A DNA stretch of 64,000 nucleotides from contig OX597817.1 in the NCBI GenBank assembly GCA_951406725.2, positions 130,014,001 to 130,078,000 on the forward strand, read 5' to 3'. Source of the stretch: Octopus vulgaris (Eukaryota). Shown here piece by piece: positions 1-13,455 of this stretch (position 1 is its first letter; the number at the start of each line of letters is the position of its first letter). The notes beneath the pieces are model-generated. The model was not told the DNA's origin. It did no database searches and was given only the letters and a program-made list of their open reading frames with translations. Position numbers and translations under genes: made by a program.

Positions 1-859
1 AATTAGGGTTAGGCAAATTGAAAAAAAATATTTATATATGAAATTAAAGGATAATTGTAGGAAACAAATAGGTTTAGAATGGGGATTATAGGAATTCCAT
101 GCTAGGAATTAAATGCTAAGAGACTTTAATTCTTGATGGTTAATAGTGTTTGTAGTTAGTCGAATTAATTGATTAATAAAGAGTAGAATTTTGTAGTTTT
201 ATTTTGTGGGATTATGTTATGATGCAATTGGTTGTTTGTAAAAGTGTAAACGTTAGAGTGAGTAAAATGTCAGAAAGTAATAATCTTGAGTTCTGAATGA
301 TTAAGCGGAGAGTGACACTTAAATATGGAATTGAGTATAGAGTAGAAGGGAAATCAGTATAATTATATGAACGGAAGAGATAGAGAGAAATTATAAGGTT
401 AAGTGAAATAGAAAGAAGGAAAATGCATAGGGTTGAATATCAAAATGATATGAATATATAGGAGGGTTTGTAAATAAGCAATTATGAATGTATATTGAAG
501 AAAGGAATGGTTGTGCGGCACTTTGGGTAAGAGCTTTTTTATATAACCCAAGGCCGATCGAAATAGTGGGAAGAAGAGAATTTGGTAGACGAAAACTGTG
601 CAGAAACCCAACATGTGCGTGTGTGTGTGTGTGAGTGTAATGTAAAGTGAGAAAATAATTATATATGCAAAAGCATATAAACTAAGGTTAAGAGTTGGGT
701 GTGGTTTGTAGACGTTGTATGTCGAGTGTGGAGGATTACGGTCAAATGTGAAAGGGTAGATGCTGAGGGCGATATGTTAGTATGTTTGTGAGCGTGAGAA
801 TAAGGATTATGGATATAAGTGTGTGCACAAGGAAGGAGTATGAGGTAACGTGAGGGCAT

Positions 860-2300
860 GTCAGTGTGAGAATCCGAGTTTAGTAAACTGAGAGTAATAA
901 TTTAGACTATAAAGAAAAAAGAGCTTCCGTTTCTTTTAGAAGCGAACGGTTGGGGATTCGATGTTGGAGGCCAAACCATAGACTGAAAGATACTGGAATG
1001 CAGAGGCTGACAGAGCAGAAATGTTAAGCAACAGGCGACCTGTTGTGAAGTGGATTGTCTGTGAGATGATCTACGAATCTCTTTACAGAGGGTACTGTGT
1101 GCTTCCTTACTCCAATCCCTTTACAGAGGGCACTGAGTGCTTTTTCACATACCAAGCACTAGTAAGATCATCAAATAACTTACAAGATAGGACCCCTCAA
1201 CTGAGTAGGGGTGTAGTATTGAGGAGGCTTTATGTCAGGTGACGAAAGGTTAAATTATGATAGAGCGACAGAAACAGGTGTCTTTCTTAACTGTGGCAGT
1301 AAATTGGAACCCTGTCATGAACAATGTTTGCTCAAATTTTTCTTAACAATTTTATTCGCTGAGAAATCTCTCCACCAACAAAGAAGAGACATTTGGCTGT
1401 CAATTTGCCGATGTAAATTGAAAAGCAGAGGGAGCACTTCACTGCATTAATATAGTTGATGAGTGTACATCAGACACGGTGGAAACAGAGAAAGTAAGAG
1501 CCTAGGATAATGTGTTTAGTGCAAGTTGAGTTGGAGAAGGAAAAATCAGAATCCGAATCAGAAGTGGAAGTCGATGGTTTTAAATAAAACGAATGATGTC
1601 AAGGAAATTGACTACGGTTTCAGAGATGGAGGAGGTACATTGAAGATACGAGTGAAATGAACTGACAAGAGAGTTGAAAAAGTTTAGTTGCTTGTGACAG
1701 AAGGAGCTGTAGATCTCTGAAACGAGACCAATGAACTGAAAAAGATTTGAAACAAACCGTAACCTACGAATAGGTTGGTGTATTTGGGGCTCTTTATTGT
1801 GTCCATGGCCAATCCAGTAATATGCTTTACACACACAAAAAAGAAACAATCAAGTGTAAATACAACTTAGTCTAAGGGAAAGAGGGGAAACACTTGGATA
1901 AAAATTGGCGGCGCGGATGTCTTCGTCGAGAAGGATGGCGGTATAATAAAGTGATGATGATCATGCTGAAGTAATTGGAAACCGGAGAGAAAAGGAAAAG
2001 TTTAAGAGATGCAGTGCATTGTTGATATTGTGAAATGCAGCCATCAGGGGTAAGAAGATAATATCAAGGTAGGCGGAGATAAGTTCAAAGAGACGGATGT
2101 AGGCGGAGACAATAGGGCGGCCAGGTTTGCGGTGTTTCTGGATTTTAGGGAGAATGTAAATTATGGAAATGGGGAGACTTTATGATGAAGCGTGTGGGTA
2201 TGTGAAAGGAGGCGACGAGATGACGGATGGTGGAGTAGACACGTTGTTGTTATAATGGCACTCCGGGTTATTTTCTTTCTAGATTAATATACACACTACG
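860..2300 (-). mobile_element. Heavily decayed Penelope-like retroelement (end of RT region plus GIY-YIG endonuclease), interrupted by insertions
   Basis: The minus strand translates AVKCSLCFSIYIGK (~1400-1446). After a ~300-bp interruption it gives RFVDHLTD...PVA*HFCS (~1000-1080). This matches the C-x2-C..YIG and RFxEH..PVAxHF motifs of PLE endonucleases. The upstream RT/thumb part is only weakly recognisable. Confidence 0.6.
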
Positions 2301-3365
2301 TTATACCATAACGCATTATTTGTTTATGTTGAAAAGTTGGCGACAGCCTTTGGAGATGTAGAAAGCAATATGGTGATATTAAAGTAATGAAGTGATACAT
2401 AATTAAGCGAAGTTGGAATGCAAATATAGGCTAAGGTTTGCTGCATGCGTGTAAATATGTGTGTGTGTGTAAATAGATGAATATAAGCATTCACATACGT
2501 ATATATGTTTATATCTGCATGCATTCATACACAGATACACACACACACACACACTCACACATGCATATATATATATATATAATGTATAGAAGAAAAATTA
2601 TATACACACAATGCAAACATGCATACATTTGGTCATATATGCATAAACGTATCCAAGTGTATCCCTTTGCACATGTGCGCATGTATGTTTATACATGTAT
2701 TTTTCATCACATGTACACATACTCATATACACGAATAAGCATACACAGTCCATATATAAATATATATTCATGTAGAATTTATATACATATATGTATGCGC
2801 ATATATGTATGCGTGTGTGTGTATATATGTATATGTATATATATATATGTATAAATTTTACGTGTATGTATGTATATATATATATGTGTGTGTGTGTGTT
2901 TGTATATGCATATGTAAGTATATATATATGTGTATATATATAAATATATATATACATACATGCACGTAGAATTTATACATATATGTGCACATATACATAT
3001 AAACAGATATATATATATATATATATATACACATATGTGTACGTGTGTGTGTGTGTATGTGCGCGTGTGTATGCATGCATATCTCTTTGATCTATTACTT
3101 TTATAGATTCTATATTGTTTCAGGTAATAGAGCATCGAGTATTATTGCCATATTCCAATTCATAACTTCACATCTATTTTTCAACTGAAGAATTCCCTGG
3201 CCAATTCCATAACAGTTTCTGGCATTGTTACTAATAAGTTGCAGTAAATATATACCTATTTCTGTCCTTACCAATATTTGCCAATGCTTATTTTTTATGC
3301 CCACTTCTCCTCTAATTTCGCCATTTCTTACTCGTTCTCTGTCTGTCTGTCTCTCTCCCCCCTCC

Positions 3366-3398
<33 letters not shown>

Positions 3399-3414
3399 CC
3401 TATATATATATATA

Positions 3415-4500
3415 GACTACGATGAATAAGCTGTCGTCTAAATTACACGAAATTGAATATAATACTGACATCTCATTTTAACAGATACATTTACCAAAAT
3501 TACATAAAAATATCTTGAAATAATAAACAGTAAATTTGTTCGATAAAATCGCCATTGGTTTCCAAACGACTTCGGAATCTCCTGCAGTTCTTCTGGACGA
3601 TCTCCTTGTTTAAGTTGGTGAATGCTGCCATAATCCTTGCCTTCAGTTCATCTTTGGTGTTACAAGGAGTTTTGTTGGTCTCTCGATCAACTGCGCCCCC
3701 CACATAATAATCAAGGAGGTTGCAGTCTGGAGAGTTAGGTGGCCTGATGTTAGGGACGATATGGTCGCAGAAACTGACAGCCAAGACTGGGTTCTCCTGC
3801 TAGTGTGGCATGGTCCAGAGTCCTGTTGTCAGACATAGGGTGTTCCAGCAGCCACCCTCTTCACGCAAGGTAGCACTACCTCCTCCAGGCACTTGATATA
3901 CGACTCTGTGTTGAGTCTGAAGCCGTGTGGGAAGATGAATAGTCATAATGTCGCCATCACTAGTTGATCACTCCAAACACCATGATGTTGACTGGATGTT
4001 TGATTTTTATCACTCACGGTACATGTCGTCAGATTCTTTTCTACTATAGGCACAAGGCCTGAAATTATTGGGGAAGGGGCCATTTGATGAGATCGACCCC
4101 AGTACGCGACTGGTACTTAATTCATCGACCCCGAAAGGATGAAAAGCAAAGTCGTCCTCGGCAGAATTTGAACCCAGAACGTAAAGACGGACGAAATACC
4201 GCTAAGCATTTCGCCTGGCGTGCTAACGTTTCTGCCAGCTCTGTGCCTTGCACTGTCCTCAGATTGACAACCAAACACTCTGAAATGTTCGTATTGGAGC
4301 TTCCGGCGCTAATGCCAAGCAGTACAGCATGTCGTTTCCAAATTTCTGGCAGAGTGAATTGCGTCATGAAACTGTTTTTCTCACAGATGGTGCCCAACTG
4401 ACATTACTGTACTGCGTCGTCGAAAAATCAAAAATAAACAATGCGCATGTGCGAAATTAAAAGTATAGAATGGCGAAAATTTACCCATTGCACCCACTAT
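3415..4500 (-). mobile_element. Internally deleted Tc1/mariner transposon, probably DD37D (maT)-type
   Basis: The minus strand gives QQDSGPCHTSRRTQSWL then PPNSPDCNLLDYYVGGAVDRETNKTPCNTKDELKARI. Second-to-third Asp spacing is about 37 if a small deletion is allowed. An N-terminal HTH remnant lies at 4245-4370. The ends are degenerate and sit in TA-rich sequence. Confidence 0.8.
4035..4241 (-). mobile_element. tRNA-derived SINE family B inserted in the Tc1/mariner element
   Basis: Reverse complement has the head GAGCTGGCAGAAACGTTAGC, a B-box-like GGTTCAAATTC, and the central CTTTTCATCCTTTCGGGGTCGAT..AAGTACCAG shared with more than 10 copies in the window (resembles the Nin/Deu SINE domain). 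Confidence 0.85.
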
Positions 4501-4721
4501 TTATGTATGTATGTATATATATTATAATATGTATACATACCTATATATGCATTCATGCATTTCATTATGAAGACGCGTACACCCATACATACATACATAC
4601 ATACATACATACATACGTTTACACGCACGCACATATACGCATACACACACTTAATATATGCATTGTGCATGTATGTATATTATTCCTTTGTCATAACTTT
4701 TCTTGATGTATATTGACAGAT

Positions 4722-4758
<37 letters not shown>

Positions 4759-6975
4759 GATAGATAAATATATATATGCGTATATATATATTTATATATA
4801 AACTTGAAGTCGGGCTGTTCAATCAGTTGATTAAATCAACCCTTGTACTTGACTCGTACATTATTTTCTCGACTCACAGACAGGCATATTTGACCTCGGC
4901 GAGATTTGAAAACTGGATATAAAAGACCTGAATAAATAGCGCAAAGCATTTGCTTCAAGCGATCTATAATTCTGCCTGTTTACCACATTTAGGATACACA
5001 CAATACACGTATCTGCCTACGGAACTGGTGTTTATAATGGCCCATTCTAGCCAGAGGGATGGGTATACCGTTATAAGAGTAGCTTATGTTCATTTAAGTT
5101 ACTTGCTGTCCATTTGTACTCTCCGTGACACAGCCAGGTCGGAGGTCGAGTGGAAACTCATCATTCACTTTGACAGGACAGAAAGATCTTCCCGCTTGGT
5201 TAGCAAATGGCGGGTAGAACCGGCGAGCAAGAATTCTTACATTCGGTTTCGAATCTCAACCAGGAAAATAAAATGTAGCTTCCACACATGGATTAAACGT
5301 CAACAACATTAACCACAACATCGTTATAGATTGTTGTAAGATATACATGTATGTACTAAGCTGGTTTGAACATCTATGATTTACAATGAATTTTTTGGTG
5401 TTAGTTTACTTTAATAATGTTGACTTAAAATGGAAAGAAATATTAAATGTAAACCAAAGGTGATAACTTTCGACATTAGATCACAATATATTAATAGTGT
5501 AGGCGACAGGGTAGAAAATCATGGATCTAATTTTTTTCATTCGCAAAAGAAAGTAAAAAGTCTGAAAATCGGCTATAATAATGTAGCCTTCCAGTCTTAT
5601 TGCTTTGGAGGTATGATGTTGCAGGGAAAAAATTTACAGAGATTAAAAACTGAAAAAAACTGGTTATTTTTAGCCAATAGTGTGATCAAAATTTTCTGCG
5701 TTTAGCGGAGCGGTGTCAACTTTAAGGTTGTGTCCTGTAAAATTTATAGTTTAGCGTCTGACCTGTTCATTGTAGGTTTCTAGATAAACAGAAATACCTA
5801 ATAAAACCAACACGTATCATCTTACTGTTTTCTTCATTGATTCATTTCTCATCTTTTTTTTTAAATTTGTTATATTAATGTATTTGTCTGCATTTATTTA
5901 CTTCATGCGTATTTCAGTATTATGTATACCAGTCATGTATTTGTGTACATTATTAATATATAAGTGTATGTGTGTGTGCGTGTGTGTGTCAGTGTGTGTG
6001 TGAAAAAGGGTCGTCTGTCTCCGAAACCCCAAAGTTGACTAACGTTTTCATGCTTGGCTTTTTAAACTACGATAAGAATAACACTGCTCAACAGAAAATT
6101 TGTCCAAAGAAAAAAAGAATAACTGTATCTTATATGTTTTTGCATACAGAATTCAAAAATGATGTCAAATTATCTGTATCACCCACAGTGTCCCTGGTCC
6201 ACGATATTCCTACTCCTAATTTAATTTTTTATGAATAGAATTAACCTAGTGAAATCATAAATCCAGCCATCTGAGTCAATGAGTCCCCAAAATATATGAG
6301 ATGAAAAATATGTAAAAATACTAACTCACAGACAGAAAAGTACAGGAAAATACTAACACACAGAAGCACAGAAAAATATGTAATATACTAACACAGAAAA
6401 ATTAAAACAAAACACGCGGGCGAAAAGAATCTCGTGGTGTGAAGAATCAAGTGTGAAAAATCAACAAACAGTGAACCACAACACAGCGTGCGGTCGTCAT
6501 GGTAACAAGTTGCTAATACCACGCTGTCTCTTGATTGGCTATAATTACCCAAAGTTCCCAACTTTAATTCCAAATAACATCAGATTCTTTAATTTACGAG
6601 ATAAAGTAATTGGTTGATCGTAATCAAACTTTGCATTGATACACCAAAACTGAAAGCAATCTGAGCAAAATTAAGGGTGGGGAGATCAGTTTGCGAATGA
6701 GAAAGACTAGATCCAAAGTCATAAACAGAAAATAGGGACGCATGAATAATGAAAGTCAGCGAGAGTCAGAGAGAAAGGGGTGCAGAGATTGACAGATAAA
6801 GGCGCGAAGGGTAGGGCAAGAATAATGAAGTAATAAAGAAAAAGTAGGGTCAATAATATAAGATGATAGCTGAATGTAACATATGAAATATAGTCCTTCC
6901 CAAATTCTTTCTCACTGTCATACTGTCTCTCTCTCTCTCTCTCTCGCCCCCAATATATGTGTTTATTATATATAT

Positions 6976-7240
6976 AGGCGCAAGTGTGGCTGTGTGGTAA
7001 ATAGAGTTGATTTGGTAGACGGAAACTGAAAGAAACCTACCGTATAAACGTATACATATGTATGTAGGTATTTGTTGTTTGTGTCTGTGTTTGTCCACCC
7101 CCACCGCTCGACAACACAGCCACATGGTTCCGGGTTCAGTCCCACTGCGTAGCACCTTGGGCAAGTGTCTTCTACTATAGCCTCTGGCCGACCAAAGCCT
7201 TGTGAGTAGATTTGGTAGACGGAAAGTGAAAGAAGCTCGT
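6976..7240 (+). mobile_element. Rearranged copy of tRNA-derived SINE family A
   Basis: Contains A-box TGGCTGTGTGG, B-box GGTTCAGTCCC, CCTTGGGCAAG core and GATTTGGTAGACGGAAACTGAAAG. Segment order is scrambled relative to the copies at 23053 and 48338. Confidence 0.8.
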
Positions 7241-7375
7241 CTTCTGTGTTCCTTTCTGTCGAAGAGCGTAGGCTCGAAACGTAAAAGACTTTCTCACTTC
7301 CCGAGCGTTAAACTGATGCATCTGTTTGTTGTTTACACACCCGTCTTCGTCTTTTGTTTTCTTTTTTGTAAATTC

Positions 7376-7380
<5 letters not shown>
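7240..7380 (+). mobile_element. PLE 3' terminal (pseudo-LTR) fragment ending in (TA)n
   Basis: Same sequence as the 3' end (about 40970-41105) of the GIY-YIG-bearing copy; contains the HHR motif. Confidence 0.8.
7252..7287 (+). ncRNA. Minimal type-I hammerhead ribozyme, A6U core variant
   Basis: CTTT-CTGTCGA-A-GAGC-gtag-GCTC-GAAA-CGT-A-AAAG. Stem I CTTT/AAAG, stem II GAGC/GCTC, palindromic ACGT stem III, GUA cleavage triplet. Confidence 0.7.
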
Positions 7381-7417
<37 letters not shown>

Positions 7418-7541
7418 GGAGTTCATATACATATATGGGATCACGTGGATGAGAAAAGCACGATCCAGAGAGGAGTGGACAGCGTGCTGTGACCAACGGT
7501 GTCAAATGGACGCCTGACGGACTGGTCGGTCAAGTGATCAA

Positions 7542-7584
<43 letters not shown>

Positions 7585-7795
7585 CGGGAAAGTTTACGAA
7601 AATAAACAAAAGACGAAGGCAGGTGGAGTACAAACAAACAAATGTATTAGTATGGTGCTCAGGAATAGAAATAGAAAAAGTCTTTTACGTTTCGAGCGTA
7701 CGCTCTTCGACAGAAAGATACACAGAAAAAAAACAAGGAGAGAAAAAAAATGCGTGTAGGAGCTAACGATCTATCATGGCGTCCTGACTTCGGAC
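7585..7795 (-). mobile_element. PLE 3' terminal fragment with HHR motif at 7682-7717
   Basis: Reverse complement reads TCTTT-CTGTCGA-A-GAGC-gtac-GCTC-GAAA-CGT-A-AAAGA. Homologous to 40900-41105 and ends in (TA)n. Confidence 0.8.
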
Positions 7796-7859
7796 ATATA
7801 TGTATATATATATATGTGTGTGTGTGTGTGTGCGTGAGTGTGTGTGCTTGTGTGCGTGT

Positions 7860-7897
<38 letters not shown>

Positions 7898-7964
7898 ATG
7901 TGTGTGTGTCTGTGTTTGTCCCCCTCAACATCGCATGACAACCAATGGTGGTGTGTTTGTAAGT

Positions 7965-8270
7965 CTAGTACTTATTCTATCGGTCTCTTTTTGCCAAACC
8001 GCTAAGTCACGAGGACATAAATGCACCAACATCGGTTGTCGAGCGGTGGGGGGGACAAACACAAACTCAAACAACAAACACCTACATACATATGTATACG
8101 TATATACGGTCGGCTTCTTTCAATTTCCGTCTACCAAATCCACTCACAAGGCTTTGGTCGACCCGAGGCTATAGTAGAAGACACTTGCCCAAGGTGCCGC
8201 GCAGTGGGACTGAATCTGGAACTACGTGGTTGGGAAGCAAACTTCTTACCACACAGCCACTCCGACGCCT
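7965..8270 (-). mobile_element. SINE family A
   Basis: Reverse complement starts GGCGTCGGAGTGGCTGTGTGGTAAGAAG and has the CCTTGGGCAAG core and the family tail. Confidence 0.85.
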
Positions 8271-9742
8271 ATATTATGCTAGCATATATTTGTATGTGTG
8301 TGTGTGAGTGTGTATAAGTCTGTGTGTGTGCGTGTATGTGTGTGCGCGTGTGTGTTTGTGCATGTTCATAGGCGAGCATGCATATATGTACTTTTGTATA
8401 TGTGTAAATAGACATGTATCAATAATAGAACATTGCTAAAACGAATCAAGTGATATATACTTTAAAAAAATAAACATATATAAATTTAAGTTTAGATTTC
8501 GTTACTTATATATATATATACACGTTGGTGTAATCGCCAAATATGGCTGTCAGAGAAGGAACAAAAAAGGAAATAGAGAAAGGTTAAGCGAAATGGTTCG
8601 GAACGAATATGCTGTCATGCTTAATACAACCATCTTTTGTATGTAAACTTCACAAAGTGCTGTATTGATACTGAATTCGAAATGAAAAATCTTTTTACAT
8701 TCTAATAATAGCATTTATAAACAGATACTTCTCAAAATACATAAAAAAACACAGAAGCGCACGCGCACATGCACAGATATATTCTCTCTATATATATATA
8801 TATTCCTTTTCTCTATCTCTTATCTGTTGTATTCAATTTCCTCTTTTTATTGACCTTTCATTTACTTTATGCTGCTTTTATTTTTGACTTCCTCTTCGAT
8901 GCCCTTCTTTTTTTCTCTCTCTCTCACCCCCTCTTCCACCCTCTCTCTCATTTTTTTATAGTGTATGCATCAATATTTCTCTTTATGGCTTTGCACTCTG
9001 TCACGTACCGCCATTAATATACGCTTAGGTGCCAAAAGTTATCTCCTCTTGTAAACATTTTAGATTTGTTATTTAAACTGAACTATACCAACGTTAGATT
9101 TCCTGTTAAAGAAACATTTCAAAACGTATTTTCGTGGAAGGAACAGTTTACGGCCGTGCTCAGTGAATTTGTATAGGAAATATCAAATTTAGAACGTAAA
9201 TGATGTAAAAAATAGGAAACGGAAAAAGCAATTGTGATTACTAAAAGCGTGTATATAATAATGATAATTTTCAATACTCTTTTATTCATTGATGAACACT
9301 GGTATTAAAGCGAAAATTTTAAGTTTAATATGTAAATAGATATGTAATTATTTCTGTATGTATTTCTTGATCCGTTTTCCTGTGCCATGCGGCGGAATGA
9401 AACCCATGTGATTTCGAAGTGATTATTATTAATGAAACAGTCATGACTACTACTGCTGACGAATACATAGACTGTCGTTCATCTACAAGATAGTACAAAA
9501 GGTTCCCGGACTAGTTATGTTTAATGAAAATTAACTTGTTTATTGAGTTTTAACACCATCTCCTTCCAGAAAGTCACATTGTGCAGCTTTCCTGTCACTT
9601 TTGGAATCCGGCCTCGAAGTAGTTTTCTGTAAGCGAATCGAGGACCTTCTGCGGGAAAGAAGCAAGGGTTTGAATAACGATTATATCTTTCTCTACTCAC
9701 ACGTCTGGATATGAACATATATATGTGTGTGTGCGCGGGCAT

Positions 9743-9802
<60 letters not shown>

Positions 9803-9843
9803 GTGTGTGTGAGTGTATGTATATATATATGTGTGTGTGTGTG

Positions 9844-9897
<54 letters not shown>

Positions 9898-9898
<1 letters not shown>

Positions 9899-10110
9899 GA
9901 CGGGTTTCTTTCAGTTTCCGACAATCAAATCCTGTCACAAAGCTTTGGCCGGTCCGAGGCTATTGTAGAAGACACTTGCCCAAGGTGCCGCCAATACCTT
10001 TCATCCTTTCGTAGTTAATAGAATAAGTACTTGCTAAACACTGGGATTGATGTAACCGGCTGGATCCACACCCGATAACATTTCAGGCCTTGTGCCTATA
10101 GTGAGAAGAC
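9898..10110. mobile_element. Fused partial SINE A (-) and 3' half of SINE B (+)
   Basis: ACACTTGCCCAAGG core on the minus strand joined to CCTTTCATCCTTTCG...CAGGCCTTGTGCCTATAG. Confidence 0.7.
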
Positions 10111-10144
10111 TATATATTTATATATATTTTTATATATACACATA

Positions 10145-10430
10145 GCGGACTCTTCCGTCGTTAGACGACGAATGAGGGTTGACAATTTCTTACCGAAGAT
10201 TTGTTTAATCTGATCAAATGCTTGTGTAGACATAACCTCATCCCTCCATCAAATCGACATTACTTGTACAGGTGCAACTCAGTGCTACATGCCAGATATC
10301 GAAATGATCGCAGAGTAACGTGAAATGAAGTGCTTTGCGCTTAAGGACACAACGCAACTCCCGGTCTGGGAATCGAACCCACGATCTAGCAATCGTGAGT
10401 GCAACACCTTAACCACTATGCCATGTGCCT
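10145..10430 (-). mobile_element. tRNA-derived SINE family C
   Basis: Reverse complement has TGGCATAGTGG (A box), GGTTCGATTCC (B box) and TTGTGTCCTT..GCAAAGCACTT. A related decayed copy lies at ~62100-62330. Confidence 0.75.
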
Positions 10431-10569
10431 TCACAAACACACACACACACACACACATGTATATATATATTTCATCGAAGAACAGGAGTATCACATTCTT
10501 GTGGCACAGGAGTGCAAACTTTTAGTGGTAGATGTGTGCCACATTGGAGTGGTTGAGGAATGTCATATT

Positions 10570-10975
10570 GTAGAGGTGGTGGTGGTGGTTCGTCATTTTG
10601 TGATGGTAGCGAATGGTGCTGGTGATGGTAGTGATAGGGATGGAATTGGTAGTAGTCGTGGTGAAAAGAAAGCGGATAGAGGTGAGAATGCTAAAGGTGG
10701 CAGTTGTACTGGTTGTTGTGATGCTTGAAGGCAAGCATAGCAGCTGAGCATGAAGGTATTGGTGGTGGTGGCGGTGGTGATGGTGGTGGAGGAGAAGGCA
10801 GTAGTGGTAGTGATGGTGGTGGAGGTTATAATGATGGTGGTGGTGGTGAAGGTGGTGAAGGTGGTGATAGTGGTGGAGGTGATGGTGGTTGAGGTAATGG
10901 TAAAGGTGCCAATGGCGGTGGTGGCGGTGAAGTTGGTTGAGGTTGGAGATCGATATGCTGATAGTAGTGTGAAAT
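10570..10975. repeat. Degenerate (GGT/GAT)n low-complexity tract
   Basis: Imperfect trinucleotide repeats giving poly-Val/Thr pseudo-ORFs. Confidence 0.8.
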
Positions 10976-11875
10976 AGTAAAAATGTAGTTGTGGGGAGCA
11001 GCGTGTGCGAAGGGGAGGGGGAGGGGAGTGTGATGGTTTAGCGGGATATTGGAAAATTTCCATTAATTTCTGTAAATTATTTATATTTTGTTGAAAAATG
11101 CTGAGGGATTCCGAGGAAGGAAATGGCGAATGGATGCAAGGAATAGCAGCAAAGGAGATGAAGATCAGTAGAGAAAAAGAAGGCAATTTAGTACAGGGTA
11201 TTGGAGGATGAGGAGAGGCAGATTAGTGGAATCAAAAATATAATATTTATGTATGTCTTCCTCTCCCCTCGTTCGTTCTGTATATGTATGTGTGCGTGTG
11301 TGTGTGCGTGTGTGTGTGTGCGTGTGTGTGTGCGTGCGTGTGTGCGTTTTTGAAAGAACAATACTGTTTGAGAAGCATCTCTAAATCATATCCACTTCAT
11401 CATCATCATCTTCGTGGTCATCATCATCGTCATCAACTTCGTTAACACGAGCGACATCACCAACATTGGTATCACCATCATCGTCATCATCAACATGCCA
11501 TGTGGTTTTTTTTTTTATTCGGACTCTGTATAATTTCTTTGTTCAAATAACACCTTGGTCAACTGTGCCTTTCTTCTGATTTCGAGGTCGATAAATAAAG
11601 TTCCAGACAAGTACTGGGGAATGATTTAATCGACTGTACCCCTCTCTCATATATCCAAACTTCTGCCTGAGTTAGAAGCAATCATCATCACCATCAGCAA
11701 AAGCAGCCCTGAGTAAACAATATTAAAACAACGACTATCTATAATGAATATCAAGAACAATGACGCGCGAGAATAAGCTGCTATATCTTTCTCAAGTTGA
11801 AACGTCCCATTTCACCGGAAAACAAAAACAACAGATGTCTAAATATATGGTTTAGTCGAAGATAATAGTTAAATA

Positions 11876-13107
11876 TTGGGCTGTCCGGGAAGAAAATGAA
11901 AGAAAAAGGTCAATAAATACTTGCCATTACATTTTTAATCAGCTAAATATGAACCATTTTGTTGCACAATGCGTCTCCATCTTTCCTTTAACTTGAAAAT
12001 ACCCTTCTCAGAATTGGGATGGTTTCATGGCAAATAATTCATCAAGGTATCTTTTTACATCATCCAAGGAATTGAAATTTTAACCATTAAGATTATTCTG
12101 CAGAGACCTGAATAAGTGAAAATCCGAAGGAGCAATATCTGGTAAATATGGAGGGTGAAGTAACACATCCCAGTCGAACTGCAGCAATTTTTGTCTAGTT
12201 CCCAAAGCACTCTTCCCGCTGGCCTATTCTGGACATTTTTCTTGAATTGCTGCTATTAACTCGTTCAGTTGTGTGCAGTATTTCTCAGAATTGATTGTCT
12301 GGTTACTTGGTAGAAGCTCATAGTACAGAATTCCTTTCCATTCCCACCAGACACAAAGCAAGACTTTTTTAGGGTGAAGATCAGCTTTTGGGGTGGCTAA
12401 GGGTGGCTCATGTTGCTTACTCCAGCATCGCTTTCTTTGAACATTTCAGTAGATAATCCATTTCTCATCACCTGTCACAATTTGCTTTAAAAAAGGCGCG
12501 TTTTCATTCCGTTTATTAAGCAAATCACAGATGGAAATGCGATTCAAAATGTTTTTCTCACTCAACTCATGTGGTACCCAAACATCGTAGCGATTTGTGT
12601 ACCCAAGCTTTACCAGGTGCTCATGAACGACGGATTTTGATAGGTTGAGGCTTTCTGCAAATTCTCGGGTTGTGCAATGTGGGCTATTCTCAATTAATGA
12701 CTTGATTTGGTCATCATCTGTAGTGGATGGTCTGTCTGATCGCTCTTTATCAATAAGGCTACAATCTCCAGCTCGGAACCTTGCGAACCACTTCCGCCCA
12801 GTTCTTTCGGATAATGCAACATCACTGTAAACTGCGCATATTTCTTTGGTTGCTTGTGAGGCATTTTTCATTTTACGGAAAAAGAAAAGCATCAAGTGCC
12901 GAAAATGAACTTCCTTATCTTCCATTTTAAAGTGTTACAGAATTGACTCAGGTCATAGAAACATAAACCTTCTTCCACGGAAAGATAGCTTAAACTGTGC
13001 TCTAAATGGAGGTGTAGTCAAAACCTATTTTATGGATTCAACCATGTTCTAAAATAAGTCGAAAGGTAAGCTACTATAAATCGGCACGAACTTTCCGGAC
13101 AACCCAA
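11876..13107 (-). mobile_element. mariner transposon with TIRs and TA target duplication; transposase disrupted
   Basis: Ends are TA-TTGGGCTGTCCGGGAAG and CTTTCCGGACAACCCAA-TA. The ORF contains WFARFRAG, WVPHEL and IVTGDEKW. Downstream HPPYLPDIAPSDFHLF matches the YSPDLAPSD motif. Deletions and frameshifts follow the first Asp. Confidence 0.95.
12446..12925 (-). pseudogene. mariner transposase N-terminal half (159 aa, truncated)
   Basis: ORF track MEDKEVHFRHLMLFFFRK...WVPHELSEKN...VTGDEKWIIY*. Confidence 0.9.
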
Positions 13108-13366
13108 TAGAATTAATGGTTGACCTAGGAATTTACAAGAGCAACAACAACACTAACAGCAGAGATGTGTATCTGTCAATCTGTGTGTAATGTAACACAC
13201 ACACACACGCAAACAAAAACAAAAACGTATAAATTAGTGTATTCTGTGCATCTTTTCCACTTCTAAAATACTAATCCTGCCAACTATTATGAAGAAATGG
13301 TTATCTCTTTTATATTCAATGTTCGCTAGGAGTCATCACACATGTATACACATAGAATCACTCAAG

Positions 13367-13419
<53 letters not shown>

Positions 13420-13455
13420 AGGAGATGTGGAACATGAGTTGTGATATATAAAAAA

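Noticed and set aside
1-15. TTAGGGTTAGG telomere-like motif
   Set aside because: Fewer than two units at the window edge; chance level.
6000-6040. TGAAAAAGG...CCGAAAC, faintly like a PLE HHR
   Set aside because: The core is mutated and there is no stem I or cleavage triplet context.
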